Positions 25,700 through 38,949 of a stretch of 64,000 nucleotides of DNA are shown here, one piece after another. The notes beneath the pieces were generated by a model. The model was not told where the DNA came from. It made no database searches and saw nothing but the letters and a program-made list of their open reading frames with translations. This stretch comes from Takakia lepidozioides (taxonomy: Eukaryota > Plantae > Bryophyta). The position numbers and the translations under genes are program-made. Where the stretch lies: assembly GCA_030704615.1 (NCBI GenBank), contig CM060731.1, forward strand, positions 10,726,001 through 10,790,000, written 5' to 3'. Position 1 is the stretch's first letter. Each line of letters starts with the position of its first letter.

Positions 25700-27090
25700 C
25701 TCCGTGTGCCATTAGAATTCAGCTCGTCCTCACCAAAAGGTCCAATGATATCGTCCTGATGGATCCCTTTGCCCACCCGGGCATTGAAGTCCCCCAATAG
25801 TACCACCTGACCTTTGGCAAGGAACGAAGCACAGTCCAGCTTCGAAGGCCTTGTCTGCGTCAGCACTAAGGGTCCCCTCTGTGGGCATGTAAACACAACC
25901 AACAAAGAGGTCCTTTGTACTCATGCCGCCCTTCACAGTTTTAGCCAGATACTATGCTCGTACCTCAAACCCTTGTTGATAATTTCACAATTGTCAAACA
26001 AGAAATCACGGACAAAGAATCCGACCCCTTTTTGACCGCGTTTGGCAGAGGCTGCCTTGAGAGTACACATCTTACCTGCCCATTTATAACCAATGACATC
26101 TCCAACCAGTTTATCCGACGTTTCCCATGTTCCATGTTTCTTGCCCAGCACAGATATGAATATCATTAGTCCGAAGAACTTGTCCCACTTCAAGTTGTTT
26201 CCTTTGGTTGGTCAACCCTGAGAAGTTGAAAGTGGCCAGCGCAAGCCAGCCCTTTGCGTGAATTGTTTGTAGTCTAGGTAGCTTGTGATTGCTCCTGGAC
26301 GGCCAACCGTTCTGCAAAGGGGGGACAGTTACCCCATGTAGATTTTGCTCGTCTGTGTAAACTTTGAGAATTGGTAACCATTCAGGGTACCAAATCTTTC
26401 AGTTACACGACGCACAGGCTCCGCACACATAGGGGCAGATTGTCCGTCAGACTGCTTGGGGACAATTACCCCGTGTATAGATTGCTCGTCTTGTGTAGAC
26501 TTGAGGATTGGTAAACCATTTAGAGTACCAAATCTTCAGTTACACGACGTTCAGGCTCTGCACACTTAGGGACAGATTGTCCATCTGACGGCTTTGGGGA
26601 CAATTACCCCGTGTAAGAATTTGTTCGTCTTGTGTAAACCTTGAGGATTGGTAAACCATTCAGAGTACCAAATCCTTCAGATTCAGGACGTTCAGGTTCC
26701 GCACACTTAGGGGCATCTTGTCTTTCTGGCTGTTTGGATTCAACCTCATCCAGAGCATCAAACCGAGAAACTCTCAAGTTGAAGTTGTTGCCCTTGGGTC
26801 TTCCTAGAGCGCCCCATTGAATCACCAATGTCTAAGACCGCCCTCCAGCCAGTCAAGGGACGAACTTCTTTGAGATTGAATTGATGCGGGACTCTATTAG
26901 AAGCACTTTTGGTCATTGCAACTTCAACGTACCCCTGTTATCAAGTCTCGAGATGGTACCATTAGCCATGAAATCCAAGCCTAAGCTAGAGCATGTAGTT
27001 TTAAAGGACACATCGTCCATCCTGGGATTCACCCAATGTCAATAGGCTTCCTAGAGGACAGGGAGATGGACTGGGTAAGAGAGAGGGGAG
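25700..27090 (-). mobile_element. LINE 5' fragment (ORF1 remnant plus APE endonuclease; RT missing)
   Basis: LATFNFSGL, CAGQETW, GVGFFV, GCVYMP, LLGDFNARVG, IGPFG..ELNSNG. The 5' boundary is approximate. Confidence 0.8.
26321..26720. repeat. ~3 tandem copies of a ~138-bp unit upstream of the LINE endonuclease
   Basis: GGGGACA(G/A)TTACCCC at 26321, 26458 and 26596. Confidence 0.9.
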
Positions 27091-27372
27091 TGCGCTGGTG
27101 AATGGGATGTATATCGAACCCAAATCACAAGATTTTTACATATGTCGATGTATCAGCACTACTTAATAGTTTCCATACTAGTCCAACAAGTCAAGATTTG
27201 AGCAAGTACATGGTGCTTTGACAGTGAATGCATCAACATTCTGTGACAAAATAGTTTGCAGGTATAGACCCTGCAAGCATTATAGTCACTTATCACCAGG
27301 ACATCCGGGTTCATCACAGATGAGCCTGCAACTGGCCAATGTTGGGGGCACAAATCTCTGACCATCACTATG

Positions 27373-28444
27373 TCACAATAATCTGCAATAGGGTGGAGAT
27401 AAAGAGAGAGTTTGCAACTTATATGCAGTAACCTCCCCAAAGAGAGTCATGGGTTTTGCCCACTGAGGTAAAAAATAGAGAGGTTCAAGCACATAGAGTC
27501 TCATTAGTCGGTCTTCTCTCTGGGCTGCCACAGTTTTCATACCACATATCTGTTCCCATGCCAAGTCCCGTGCCCACACAGGGAGGTGGTAGAAAATCAA
27601 CATAATTTGAGATAGATGTCCATATGTAAAGTATGCAGGAGCTCGGTTCGACACAACAGCCTCCACAACCTTCATTGCAAACTTGTCAGTGGGTTTGATT
27701 TTGGACTCTGTGAAAACAGGACTCGACGGCGAAGAATTTCTTCATAGGGCTTGTAGAGCTTGAGACCCAAGCTTGCAATACCATCAAAAACTGCCATGGC
27801 ATTGACACCGAGTTGGAGACTGTAGCTCCAGGAGAAACTACTGTGACAGAAATCCCGAAGGCTTCAGCTCTAACCTGTACAAACAGTATCAGAGGCACAA
27901 TGTAAGTGAAGAGAAAGATGATGTCAAGTCAATAATCCATGCAGGCCATGAACCAGAAACAAATCTGAAAAGGGATGTGGGCTCCAGGGTAAATGGAACT
28001 TGCAAGTATCGAAGGTTCAGATGCTGGTCTAAAGGGCGTAAGTCCTGCAGACCACTAAGTGTCAGCACAAGAAATACCTTGCATGTAACCTCATACTCTG
28101 GTAAAAGACAACTCAGTTGTATTCCAGATCACCAGCATCAAAGGTGTAGATTGTGTCTGAGGTGTGATGGCAGAATAGATCCTCTAGGTCTCCACATCAC
28201 AATATACAACACCATGCAATCAATCAGCTCTCCATGTAAGCATGGTCCATTTAAAATAATGTCCTGGTAGTTCGAGATCACATACCTGAGAGCATCACTC
28301 AGAGCCTGCAATGCTGATTTGGAGGAAGTGTATCCACCACTCCAGGGCCCTGGGCATATGCAGTGACACTGCTGACATTCAGAATTTTGCCATTCTTTCG
28401 AGCAGCCATGTGCGGCACCACAGCTTGAATCATTGCTACTGCAC
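27373..28444 (-). pseudogene. Short-chain dehydrogenase/reductase, last two exons (28286-28444; 27874 downward); 5' exons not found
   Basis: MIQAVVPHM..GKILNVSSV, YTSSK (YxxxK), LSDALR|LELKPFGISVTVVSPG, with GT/AG junctions and single-base frameshifts. Confidence 0.82.
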
Positions 28445-28881
28445 CTGAGTTTACAAATTACTTGCAGTTGCTCTGGGCATAAGGTGTCATGGCAAATGAG
28501 AACTCTTTCCTCTAGGTTATGTGTGCCTTTCAAGCAGGGGGAAGGAAGAAAAAGTCACATGTTCTCACACTTTTCAGATACAGTGGACAACAATTGATGG
28601 GATTTCGATCTTAGAAAATGGGTTAAGATCTCACCGGGTAACCAGACCAATCAACTGAATCGCAGACGTTCACCATCAATTTTCTTTGTGCTCCACATAC
28701 AGGAGTTTAGTACCCATCACGAGCAATTCTATGTGGCTAAGTTGTGACTGAGGCCCACCAAGAGGGGACAGTCCCAAGTCCAAGAGGCAAAAATAGGAAA
28801 CTCCAAGGTGATTTTGGGTCTTGGCTTCAGGAACACATTCCAATCGAGGACACATAAAGGTGAAGGGGGAAGGGTAACAAC

Positions 28882-29460
28882 CAGTGTTGGACTGGTATCG
28901 TATTTTGAACACACCAGACTGGTACTGGTATATAGGCCTCCGGCCAATTGTGATACCGGGAGGTACTGGTATTGGCAAAAATCTAAGATTTTGATACCAT
29001 GGTGGTATCAATAATACATGATTAGTGTGGTGTTTTACGGGTATCAATAGCAAGAGTTTTTAGAAATCGATACCAGGGTAATATCAATACTGGTCTGGTA
29101 TAAAAAAAACTCCCACTTCTCATATAAATGTGTACAAGCATGCTTCTCAGTGATATTATTCCTCAAAGTATCCAGCTGCACATATTTCATCTTCCAGCCT
29201 GATTTTTATTTTGCTTATTGAAAGCTGCATCCATATCGCATGGTGCATACTGCGCCGTCGATATTGATACCTAGGTTTTCCCCGGACAAAAATGGACCTG
29301 GTACTGGTATCAAGTACCAGTTTTTCAACCACCTACCAGACTTGGTAGGGTATCGTCCACAGGTATTAGGAAGCACATACCAGGCCAATACGGGTATATG
29401 ACATGAGGCGATATCAGACTGGTCTGGTACTTGATAACAGTATACATACTAGTATGTATA
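28882..29460. mobile_element. Degenerate MITE-like element related to 36779-37263
   Basis: Starts CAGTGTTG and is dense in ATACCAG/CTGGTAT motifs. The right TIR is not clear. Confidence 0.5.
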
Positions 29461-29479
29461 CCCTCTTGATCATCAATCG

Positions 29480-31788
29480 TATGGTCGTCCGACCAAAAAC
29501 AAATCATTGATCCCTTGCTCACCACCTTGCAATCCGTCCACTCCGCACATCATCCGACCCGTTATTTTAAATTAGCACTAATTTGTCGAGGTTGTCAATG
29601 CCAAGTCGACATTGCCCTACCAACGTCTGCTAAAAACTGAAAAATAGTGGCGAGCCCTGACCCCAGCCCAACTTCATATCTATGAATGCGGCAGAGTCAT
29701 CCTTGGTAATCAGCCCTTATGGGCGGTCTCCCTCTGCAAGATCCACTGACCCCCCTCTGCCCGTGGTAAGCTCGCCTTACTCAGCAACATCCCTCTTCAT
29801 CTGATGTGCGGACCCCCTATCTTGCAAACGCAGCCTGGTTCTGGTCCGAGACCACGCCCCTCTACGAGTCCTTCCAGTATGGTTCTTTGACGCTATACAG
29901 CCGGCAGCGATGGCTCAAAAGCTGCAGGACGTAGTGTCCTTCTTTGGATTTATGGGCTCCCTTCTGTATTACCGTACCATGCTACAGAAGGAGCGCTGGG
30001 TGGCGGCCCTGGGCCTCCGGGCTAAGCAAAAAGACTACATCATGGTGACAGTTTTCAAGCTCTCTCATGTCCCCCCCCCCCCCCCCCTTGGGGTTCAAGT
30101 GGCTTTCAACCCTCCCCCCAGCGGACAACCGCACCCTCTTCCATTTCTCCTCTTGTGGGCCATCATTTCGGGATTTGCTCTCGGGCCTCTCCTTCCCTTT
30201 CACATGAATTTTGTTCTTAGATCGTGGAATATCAGAGGGTTAGGGTCGGATGCCTCGGCTCCTAAGCGTGCTAGAGTAAGGAATTGGGCAGTCCCCCTCA
30301 TCCAGTCTGCCACTATTATTTTCCTGCAAGAACACAAGTTGGATGATGTTAAAATTGCTGGCTTGGGTAACTCAATCTGGCCCCAGCAAGCAAGCTGGTG
30401 GAATCGTTTGGTTGCTGATGCCAGAGGGGGTACGGCTATCCTTCTTTCCCCTTCCCTGATTGCTTTCCTTTAGTGCTCATGAGGTGTGGGTTCAGGGTAG
30501 AGCTCAATTTGGTATCATTTCTTCCCCGGGGGAGGCCGACTAAGATTGGCCTAATCAATGTGTATGCCTCCAATGTGGCTCAAGAAAGGATTTTGGGATT
30601 TGATATGCAATAATGTGAGAGGCCATAGTGAGATTGACCATTGGATCTTGGCTGGTGATTGTAATATGACTGATAGAGTTCAGGATAGATTGGACCCTAA
30701 CGCTGGTTTTTCTGCGGATGAATGAATGGCTTGGGATTCCCTCTGTCTCATGGTTGGTTTGGTTGATGCTTCCATTCCGCCTGAGGGTTCCCTCAGATTC
30801 TCTTGGTCTAATAATCGCATGCCCCCGGCCCTTTGTATGGCCAGGTTAGACAGGATCTATTGTTCCCCTGCAATTCTACCTTGGTCATCGTCCTCTCCTC
30901 TTGGGCCAATTCTCCCTGGCTTTGATCATGGTATCAATGCCATCTTTGGAATTCATGTCGTGTTTGGGCCAGCTTTAGAGCACACACCCTGTGGGCTTTA
31001 TGGGAATCAAGATGTGCCTTTCTGTATGAGGGACGTAATCCCAACATCACATTGCTTTTGCATAAAATTTGCGGACCTCATGACTAAAGGGTATAAGGCC
31101 TGGGGTTCATTGTTGGCAGCCTGTGACAGGTGCAGTGAGGGGAAGAGGCAAGAACTCATCGCTTCCTTTGATCTCTTCTGGGGGAAAAACAACATCATCT
31201 ACACCAGGACCTCTGATTCCACCATTACATGGCACACTGTCTTCCCTGCTCAATGGCAAGTCTCCATTGGGATCTGACGATGTGGAGGTGAACTGGAGGC
31301 ACCGCAAATTGCGAATTCCAAAAGCGAAGACTCAGCTGGACTTCATAGCAGATCTTGCTGATGCCTGTTAGCCATTGCCACTGCATGGCGCTCCCCCTCA
31401 GGAACACCATTCCTTGGTAGCTGCAGAATTTATGCATGAACCTTCATACTGGATTCTTGCTGTTTCTCTGACTCCCCTATCTGAACACTTAATTTCCTTT
31501 AAGCCATCAGTATGGGGATTTTCATACTCCTGCATAGCCAGATCTATGGTACTTTTGGGTTCGCCAGGTTAGGCAGCTGTTTTTCTACTGTTAGGCTCTG
31601 GTTCTTTTCTTGCACCTAGAGCCTCCCACGTTCAGCCGGTTTTGTCCGTCATCCCCCTACCCCTTGTGTTTCCCTCCGGAATGTTCCCCATGTGTCACGC
31701 CGGTTATTTTTTCCTCTTGTATTTTCTACATATTAATATATTTAGGGTCTCAGTCCCTTTGCAAATAAAATAAATAAATAAAATAAAT
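29480..31788 (+). mobile_element. Internally deleted L1/Tx1-type LINE (endonuclease ~30204-30900, no RT core, A-rich tail)
   Basis: SWNIRGL, IFLQEHK, GGTAILL, INVYA, WILAGDCN, ARLDRIY; (AAAT)-type tail at ~31763-31788. The 5' boundary is approximate. Confidence 0.78.
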
Positions 31789-32198
31789 ATACCATGTGTA
31801 TAATCCTTGGTTTTGCCCACAATAAGGGTATTGCATGGGTATTTCTTTTGTCAATACCAGGCCAGTTGGTTATTAACCCTAGTATTACAGCAGCCAATTT
31901 CACTTGTGCATATTTAAGAAATTCCTGCCAGACTCCTCTGGGAATGCATAAATTTGCACCAGAGCTTCCCATCCATAGAATCATGTACAGGGTGTTGGCC
32001 TTGCTACTAGTTTGCATCTACTAGTCCTGCTGAGTAGAGATCGTCATATACAACAACCAATGCAAACCCTAGTCTGGATGTTCGAAGGACCCTACCTCCG
32101 AGACCGACTATACCCTTAGTAAAATGTATCTGTCGGATACCTCAGGAAGAAAGACGAGCACATAGTTGACTGGAAACTCCACAAGTTTCGACTGTCAT

Positions 32199-35193
32199 CT
32201 AGAATGATTTAAGTACACTGTGTATGTCTCGTGACGATATAGGAGTTTTCTTTAGCAATATGAAGTTTCGAGCTGGGTCCCAGAACATGGCCAAGAGAAA
32301 TAGCACGGAGGAGAAGCCAATACAAGTACCCACAACGAAACCAGGTATGGAAGCAAGATCGGAAAAGGATTTGATCCCGTCAGAAAAATGTGTGGCGTTT
32401 ACTGCCACTGGAGTGACCGTGCACAGTTGAGAAAGTGGAGGACCACAAAGACCAGGGTTTCCAGGAGAGTATGAAGAATTAGAAAAAGTGTCTAAGTGAA
32501 TGCTTTGTGGGATTGGACCAGAAAGGTTATTATTAGAGAAATTCAAATGTGCTAAATTGGGTAAGAGTGAGAAGTCTTGTGGGATCTCACCATGGAGGTG
32601 ATTATTGGATAGATCCAGAGAGGCTAGAGGAGCGATGTTGGCAAGAGTTGAAGGAATATCTCCCGTGAAAGTGTTCCGCGAGAGATTCAGGTACAACAGC
32701 TGTTGCAGGACCCCTAAATCTGGAGGGAGTAGACCACCGAGCATATTTCCAGACAAGTCGATGGACGTTAAAAGCACATATACGTCCGTGAAAACGAGGT
32801 CAATACCTTTAACAGTGATCTGCAGGTTTTGGTCGTAGAGAGTAGAGCTGTCCAGCGATGTACCTCCAGTACTTGCCTGAATATCGATGAAGCCTAGTAG
32901 GTGGCTCAAGTCGGTGCCGGGGAAGTCCCCAATAATCTTGTTATTTGATAGGTCAAGAACTTGCAATGCAGTAAGATTCCAAATCCAAGCTGGAATTTCA
33001 CCCTCCAGCTGATTATATCTCATCGCAAGCACGCGCAACTTGGGCAATGATCTCATGCTGTAGTCAGGTAACTTTCCGCTAAGTTGGTTTCTGCTGAAAT
33101 CAACAAAGGTGAGGTTGCTGCAGTCCAAGAGAGATTCCGGGATACTTCCAGTGAACGAGTTGTTGGTGATGGACAAAATCTGGAGCGATCTGAACTGTCC
33201 TACATTAAGTGCGAAGTCTCCTCCAAGATGGTTATTTCCGAGCCGTATCCGTGTCGCATTCACAAAATTCTCAAAAGTGGTTGGAATCCCACCACTGAAT
33301 TTGTTGTTGGACAGGTCTATATTTACGAGACCCGAACAATTGCCAAGACTATCTGGAATTGTACCTGATAAGTTGTTGTTAGACAGCACCATCGTGTTGA
33401 GCAGAAGCATATTTCCCATCTCCTGCGGTATGAAACCATTCAAAGAGTTGTTCGAAAGATCCAGTGAACTGAGATTTGTCATGCCACCCACAGTTGAGGG
33501 AATCAGTCCTTCGAGTTGATTGCTCTTCAAGGAAAGTGATTGCAAAGTGCTCAGCTGCCCCAGTACACTGGGAATGGATCCGGTCAGCTGATTGTTTTGG
33601 AGCAGTAGTGAGATGAGATTTTGTAACCGAGCTAGAGAGGCAGGTATGGTGCCATTAAGCTGGTTGTCGTTGAGGACAAGATATTCGAGAGAGGAGATAT
33701 TCCCGAGAGACTCAGGGATATTCCCCTGGATGCTGGCGTTGTAAATAACGATCTGTTGCAGATTTGGTAGCTCACCGAGTTCAGGAGGTATACTTCCAGT
33801 GAGACGCGGGTTATCCTGAAAGTGTATCTGTAACAAGCCTGTCATATTCCCTAAAGAAGCAGGGATGGCCCCCTCGAGGTCGTTACCCGAAAGATAAAAA
33901 TACTGGACGTTTTGTAATCTGCCAAGTTCAGGAGGTATAACGCCAGTCAGATTGTTGTCATCAAGCTGAAAGCTTTGGAGGTTAGGACAGTTCCCCAGTG
34001 ATGCCGGGATGGTTCCAGTGAGTTTGTTAGCGCTGAAACCGATGTTGTAGAGTTTAGGGCAGTTTCCAAGCGCCATCGGAATAACACCCGACAACTGATT
34101 GCTCTTGACATATAAATGAGTGAGATTAGCACATTCTCCAAAATCAGGAGGGAGAGGTCCGGTGAACTATTCCATGTGTATTTGCTGCATTTTGCTGCAA
34201 TTCCCCAAAAACGAGATTTCTCCCGTTAGCCTGTTGTTCTGAAGGTAGAGAACACTGAGATGTTGTAGCTGTCCAAACACAGGAGGTATGATTCCACTCA
34301 AATTATTGTAACCAAAAACAAAGCCTTCGAGCTTGGTGCAGTTTCCCAGTGATGCGGGTATCTCACCAGTGAGGTTGTTATTGTTCCCCGCGAAGTTCAC
34401 TAGCTTCGTACAATTCCCGATGGTGGAAGGGATAGAGCCCGTCAACTGATTGACCATGAAAAGCAGACTGACAATATTCTGGAGCTGCCCAAATTCAGAA
34501 GGAACTTTTCCTGTAAGAAGGTTGTTTGCAACACTGAATGTAGTGAGATTTCTGCACTGCGCTAGCTCAGGTGGAATCGATCCAGCAAGGCTATTATCGT
34601 CCAAAATCAAAACGGCAAGACCGCTGCATTGCCCAAGTTCAGGGGGAATTCTTCCAGTGAGATTGTTGGCTGCCAAATCAAGATTGATGAGGAACTTGAG
34701 AGTACCAAGCTGAGGGCTGATGGAACCTAAAAGTCCGCAGCCTGTCAAGTTCAGATCCACCACCCGTTTCGTGAGGCTGTCACATGTGACGCCCGTCCAC
34801 TGACAAAAGTCACCATTGTTTGTATCCCAATTTGCGAGCGCTCTATTTGGGTCGCCTGTAATCCCTTGTTTGAACTCCGAGAGTGCAGTTTGATCAGTGA
34901 CGCTCCCATTTGTTTGCAGCATGGAGCGACCTGCCTCTCTTCTCCAACCTTCGAGACGTTGAAGGTTCAATTCATCAGGCTCTGGTGATGTTGACTTGGC
35001 CTCCTGCTCCCCAATCCAATCGGCCTGATTTTCTAAGCAGACATCCACATGCTCTTGTGTCACGGTGGCAGGCATAAAACTGCAAGTCCTGTGCATGGCT
35101 CTGCAGACCATCATACAACTCTGATAGAGTAGTCGCTATGCTTGCGAAGAGCAGCAGGATTACTAGGGGCAATGCAGCTCTACTCGTCACCAT
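32199..35193 (-). CDS. LRR receptor-like protein (signal peptide, LRRNT, ~26 LRRs, island domain, 4 LRRs, TM, short tail); one frameshift and one in-frame stop as assembled
   Basis: MVTSRAALPLVILLLFA, CQWTGVTC, 24-aa plant LRRs, island ending ITVKG, GNPGLCGPPL, TM GFVVGTCIG; no kinase. Frameshift between ~34980 and 35110; TAG at 34167-34169. Confidence 0.92.
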
Positions 35194-36778
35194 GATCGAA
35201 AATCCGAATCACCTACAGCAGCACACAGTATTGTCGAGTTAGTCTAGCTGAATTCTAGGACTCGATGATGTCGATCTCTCTATTTCGTTACCGTTTAGAC
35301 TTTTAACAGCTCCCAGACTGACGTGCAACTTCCAAATAGTTCTCTTTTGTGATACTCGAAGAATGTGTTTTGACAACCTCATGATTCAAATATCATCGTC
35401 CGTTTCAATCCTCAAGGGTCAGTCATTGACGTTTGTCCTGTTGAAGGCTGAGTGTTGGATACATCTAGCAGGACATTCCTGCAGATGTGCGGATAAAATT
35501 ATGTACACCTGGTATGATCTACCATGAACTATGTGTCAAATGCGTGGTAACATAGCATTGGAGTCATGATGAAAATGAAAACATGAAAGCATCTGCACAA
35601 GTAAGAGGACACAGATGGAAGCCTCATGCATCCACAGCACCGATGACCATTTATCGAAGCTCAATACATGTACTTTGATCACCCAAACCACTATCCACAT
35701 ACTCGGGGAACATTAGGTGCCTATTAGGTTTGTATAGCTGACAGTTTTGTGTATGTATACGCTGAATCATTAATGGAACTGATATCACCTAGGCCTTTCG
35801 GAGAATCTCCAAGACAGTTAAACAGCCTTATAAGACAAAATGACAAACTCGCAAGTTCATACCTCCACCATCCCACTGAAGGCTCACTGTAAGCTGTAAT
35901 GAGTTAAACTGCGGTTTACATGGTAAAGGCTTGTGTTGCTAGCAAACTTTCCAAGTAAAAGAAGAAATCCTTACAAGATTTTACTCAATTCTTCAGTCGG
36001 GTTCTCCATTTGCTCCATACCGATGGTAGCCTTGTAACGTATGGCCAAAGTACCAGTTTTGAGTCTGGACAGTGCTAGAGAGGGAGGACTAACAAGAGAG
36101 TCAACATGAAAGACTTTTAAATCGTTTTTAGACTGCTCTGCCTCCTGTATGACAATCTCTATCATCAAAAAGCTATCGAGCGAGAGGATAATGTACACGT
36201 CTTCGTTGTCTCTTCAATATTGCACCAATAAACAACATACACAGGCTCTTCTCAAATCCTCAAAAGAACGTATGGCAGATTTTTCAGGACGTCCGTACCT
36301 TCGAATTCGCAATGAAGAAACCACCCTGGAGGATGCGTGCCTCGCCGCTGACAAGCTTAACGTTCAAGTTCTCCTCGGAAACATATCCTGTAAAACCGGT
36401 CAGGATTGTCCGACACCCAATTGGAGTGAACGCTCACCTGCCTGCACTTCTACCAAAGGTCCAGCCTTCCAGGATCTCTTTTTCCGAACCAATACAACAG
36501 CCTCTTGACCTCCCTAACCAGAGCTGTCAGCACTTAGGGACCCAGACCATGGATTCATGCTCGTCCTTGACAACACAAAGTTGTGCTGCAGCCAGAAAGA
36601 GAAGCACACTGCGTCCTTGTCCAGTCGGAGAGAACAAACTACAGCGAAGTACACACCCAATCCTCGCCATATATTCATTGAGGTTGGCCCCAGCATGCTG
36701 CCCACCCTCACACTTCTGTGACTCGAACCAGTGTAATCCGGGTATAGAGTGTAGTGCTAACCTTAATATAGGGTACAT

Positions 36779-37263
36779 CAGTGTTGTTCTGGTATCAGGG
36801 TTAGGACATACCAGACTGGTACCAGACGTATCACAAAAAAACTATACCAGTCTGGTCTATATAATGGTGGATGTATAATTCTCTACATACTAGTATGAGT
36901 ATGAGTATCATGATCACAATACCAGCTTGGTACGAGATATCAATTCTGGTATCATTCTAAAGCCATCTTGAATTACAAGTTTATCACTAGCATGTATCAA
37001 GTGAAAACAAATAAATAAATATACATAATACAAGTATGTAGGCATATATACACATAAACTAATATAGTATACATACCAGAGTAAATGAGGAAGATGGCAG
37101 GGAAGTACTGGTATTGTGGCTGGTATGACAAAACGGATACCAGCCTGGTCTGGTATATGACCAAGTATTCTCCCAAATGATACCAGACTGGTCTAGTATC
37201 TGATACCAGTGCATATACCAATATTTTATACCAGTCCTTCACCTATATACCATACCAACACTG
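36779..37263. mobile_element. Non-autonomous TIR element (hAT-like MITE), 485 bp
   Basis: TIR CAGTGTTG...CAACACTG, flanked by GTACAT on both sides; many internal ATACCAG/CTGGTAT motifs. Confidence 0.8.
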
Positions 37264-38949
37264 GTACATATATATACTCACCTCCCAATCGTCGGTTGTC
37301 TATTTGCTCTGTTTTATAAAAATACCATGTATGCGATTATGTATACCTACTAACCGAGGTGATAATCGACTCACTAACCGAGGTAGAGTGCTACACTGAT
37401 TTGAGACCGTTGTTGACGCACGCATTACTGTTTACTTTTATTGTGATGCACCTTCACCAGTCAATGCCCACCGCCCACCTTCACATTGGAGACACCTCCC
37501 CACTTCATCGTGAATAAAGAAGGGCATTTATTAGCCTTTTGGGTAGGTGTGGTTGGCGGTCGGACAAGGGGGCCACTACCTCATAAAGATAGAGTGTGAC
37601 TACCTCCATGAAGGTACTCCTTTCAAGAACTTGGAATTTGGTTTTGGCTTTATGTGGTTCTTGGCAAATTGATCATTCTTTTCTTGGCATCGGCTTATGG
37701 TCAATGAGGACTTCTTGTCTTCCCACAGGTTTATAGGAGGTCTTGGTTGTTTTTCCCATTATACGACTTGATGTCCATAATCTTACTCACTCGTCCATAG
37801 TTGTTGCAATCTTTGTGTGTAGCTCTGTGTTTTTTTAGACACAGACCTGCTACTAATGTGATAACACCCTGGCTGCAGCAGCCAAACTTCAACCTAGGAA
37901 TGTACTACTCCGCCACTGATGGTCCCGACTCCCTTTACAAAGCACTCCCGACTCCTTTACAAAGCAAATTCAAATTAGTCGTTCAACACTCGAAGTAATG
38001 CTTGCCGTTCAGTTTTCTCACAACCCTTCTTCGAATTGACTTTTAACAAGCCTACACTCAAGTACGTAGCTGGTCTTCAGTTTCTCCGGCTTTGTGTGGC
38101 CTCGTAGTCAAGGGCCCGCGCATTCACGTGGTCTCAGAGTACAGCCGCTGGGATGTTGTCACATAAAGCAGAAAGGAGCTAATCTGATCCACAGGGAAAA
38201 ACTCGCTGCCCGAAGTCCATATCTAACTTTTCTGTTCACGGGCACTACAAATTAGTGTTGTAGCTAATTTGGCACACCAGAGCTCTGTTTACCATTTCCA
38301 ATCTGCATCTATTGGGGTACGTGAAAGCCGCGCCCCCACAACGAACTAATCCCTTGACCAAGAATCTGGAAATTGGGACAAATCTTTCGCTAGGATAAGG
38401 CGTGGGCGCCTCTTCTGGAAGGCGCCTAGTGACAGTATATAAAGAGGGTGAAGGATAAGTTCGTGTAGCATCTGCCTTAGTGTACGGTACTCTCTTCTGC
38501 GTGGGCATTCTACTTACATTCTTAAGTTTAGTATCCTGCAAAACGCGGCTTCAATGCCATGAGGCAAAGGATATCCAGCAGCACATGTGGAAGTGGCCTT
38601 CGTTGCGGGGCCAGGGTTTGTTTTTGGGTGTGATATCAACGAGTGGTTCAGTTTGGGCACACGGAGAGCAAGTGGGCCAGTTTATCGTCTGTACGTCTGG
38701 ACTATACTATTCTGAGTGCAGCTGACGCGGTTGGCCACTCAAGTGCTGTACCTTTACGACAGTTTTAGAACTGGGAGTTTTGCTGCTGCAAGTGAAGCTG
38801 GTGGATCACATAGCTGGTTTATATCCCCCAGTAGGAATTCGAAATGTGGTGGCCTTGGACAATTTGATTGCAGATACTCAAGAAGCTATCAGATGTGAGT
38901 CGTTGAGGATACGATATTCGGGGGGATGACAGATTCCCAGGGAGCAAAC

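Noticed and set aside
32224-34713. Plus-strand ORFs overlapping the LRR-RLP (and similar ones over gag-pol and TPK)
   Set aside because: Antisense shadows of the real coding strand.
35860-36715. Possible multi-exon minus-strand gene (GYVSEENLNVKLVSGEARILQGGFFIANSK etc.)
   Set aside because: The model needs 34- and 50-nt introns or an in-frame stop, and no domain is recognisable. A translated search would be needed.
36729-37398. Outer TIR element around the MITE (CAGTGTA...TACACTG, duplicated ACTAACCGAGGT)
   Set aside because: The terminal match is short and no TSD is evident.
38154-38553. Possible solo LTR (TG start, TATA-like motif, CA end)
   Set aside because: No TSD and no second copy in the window.
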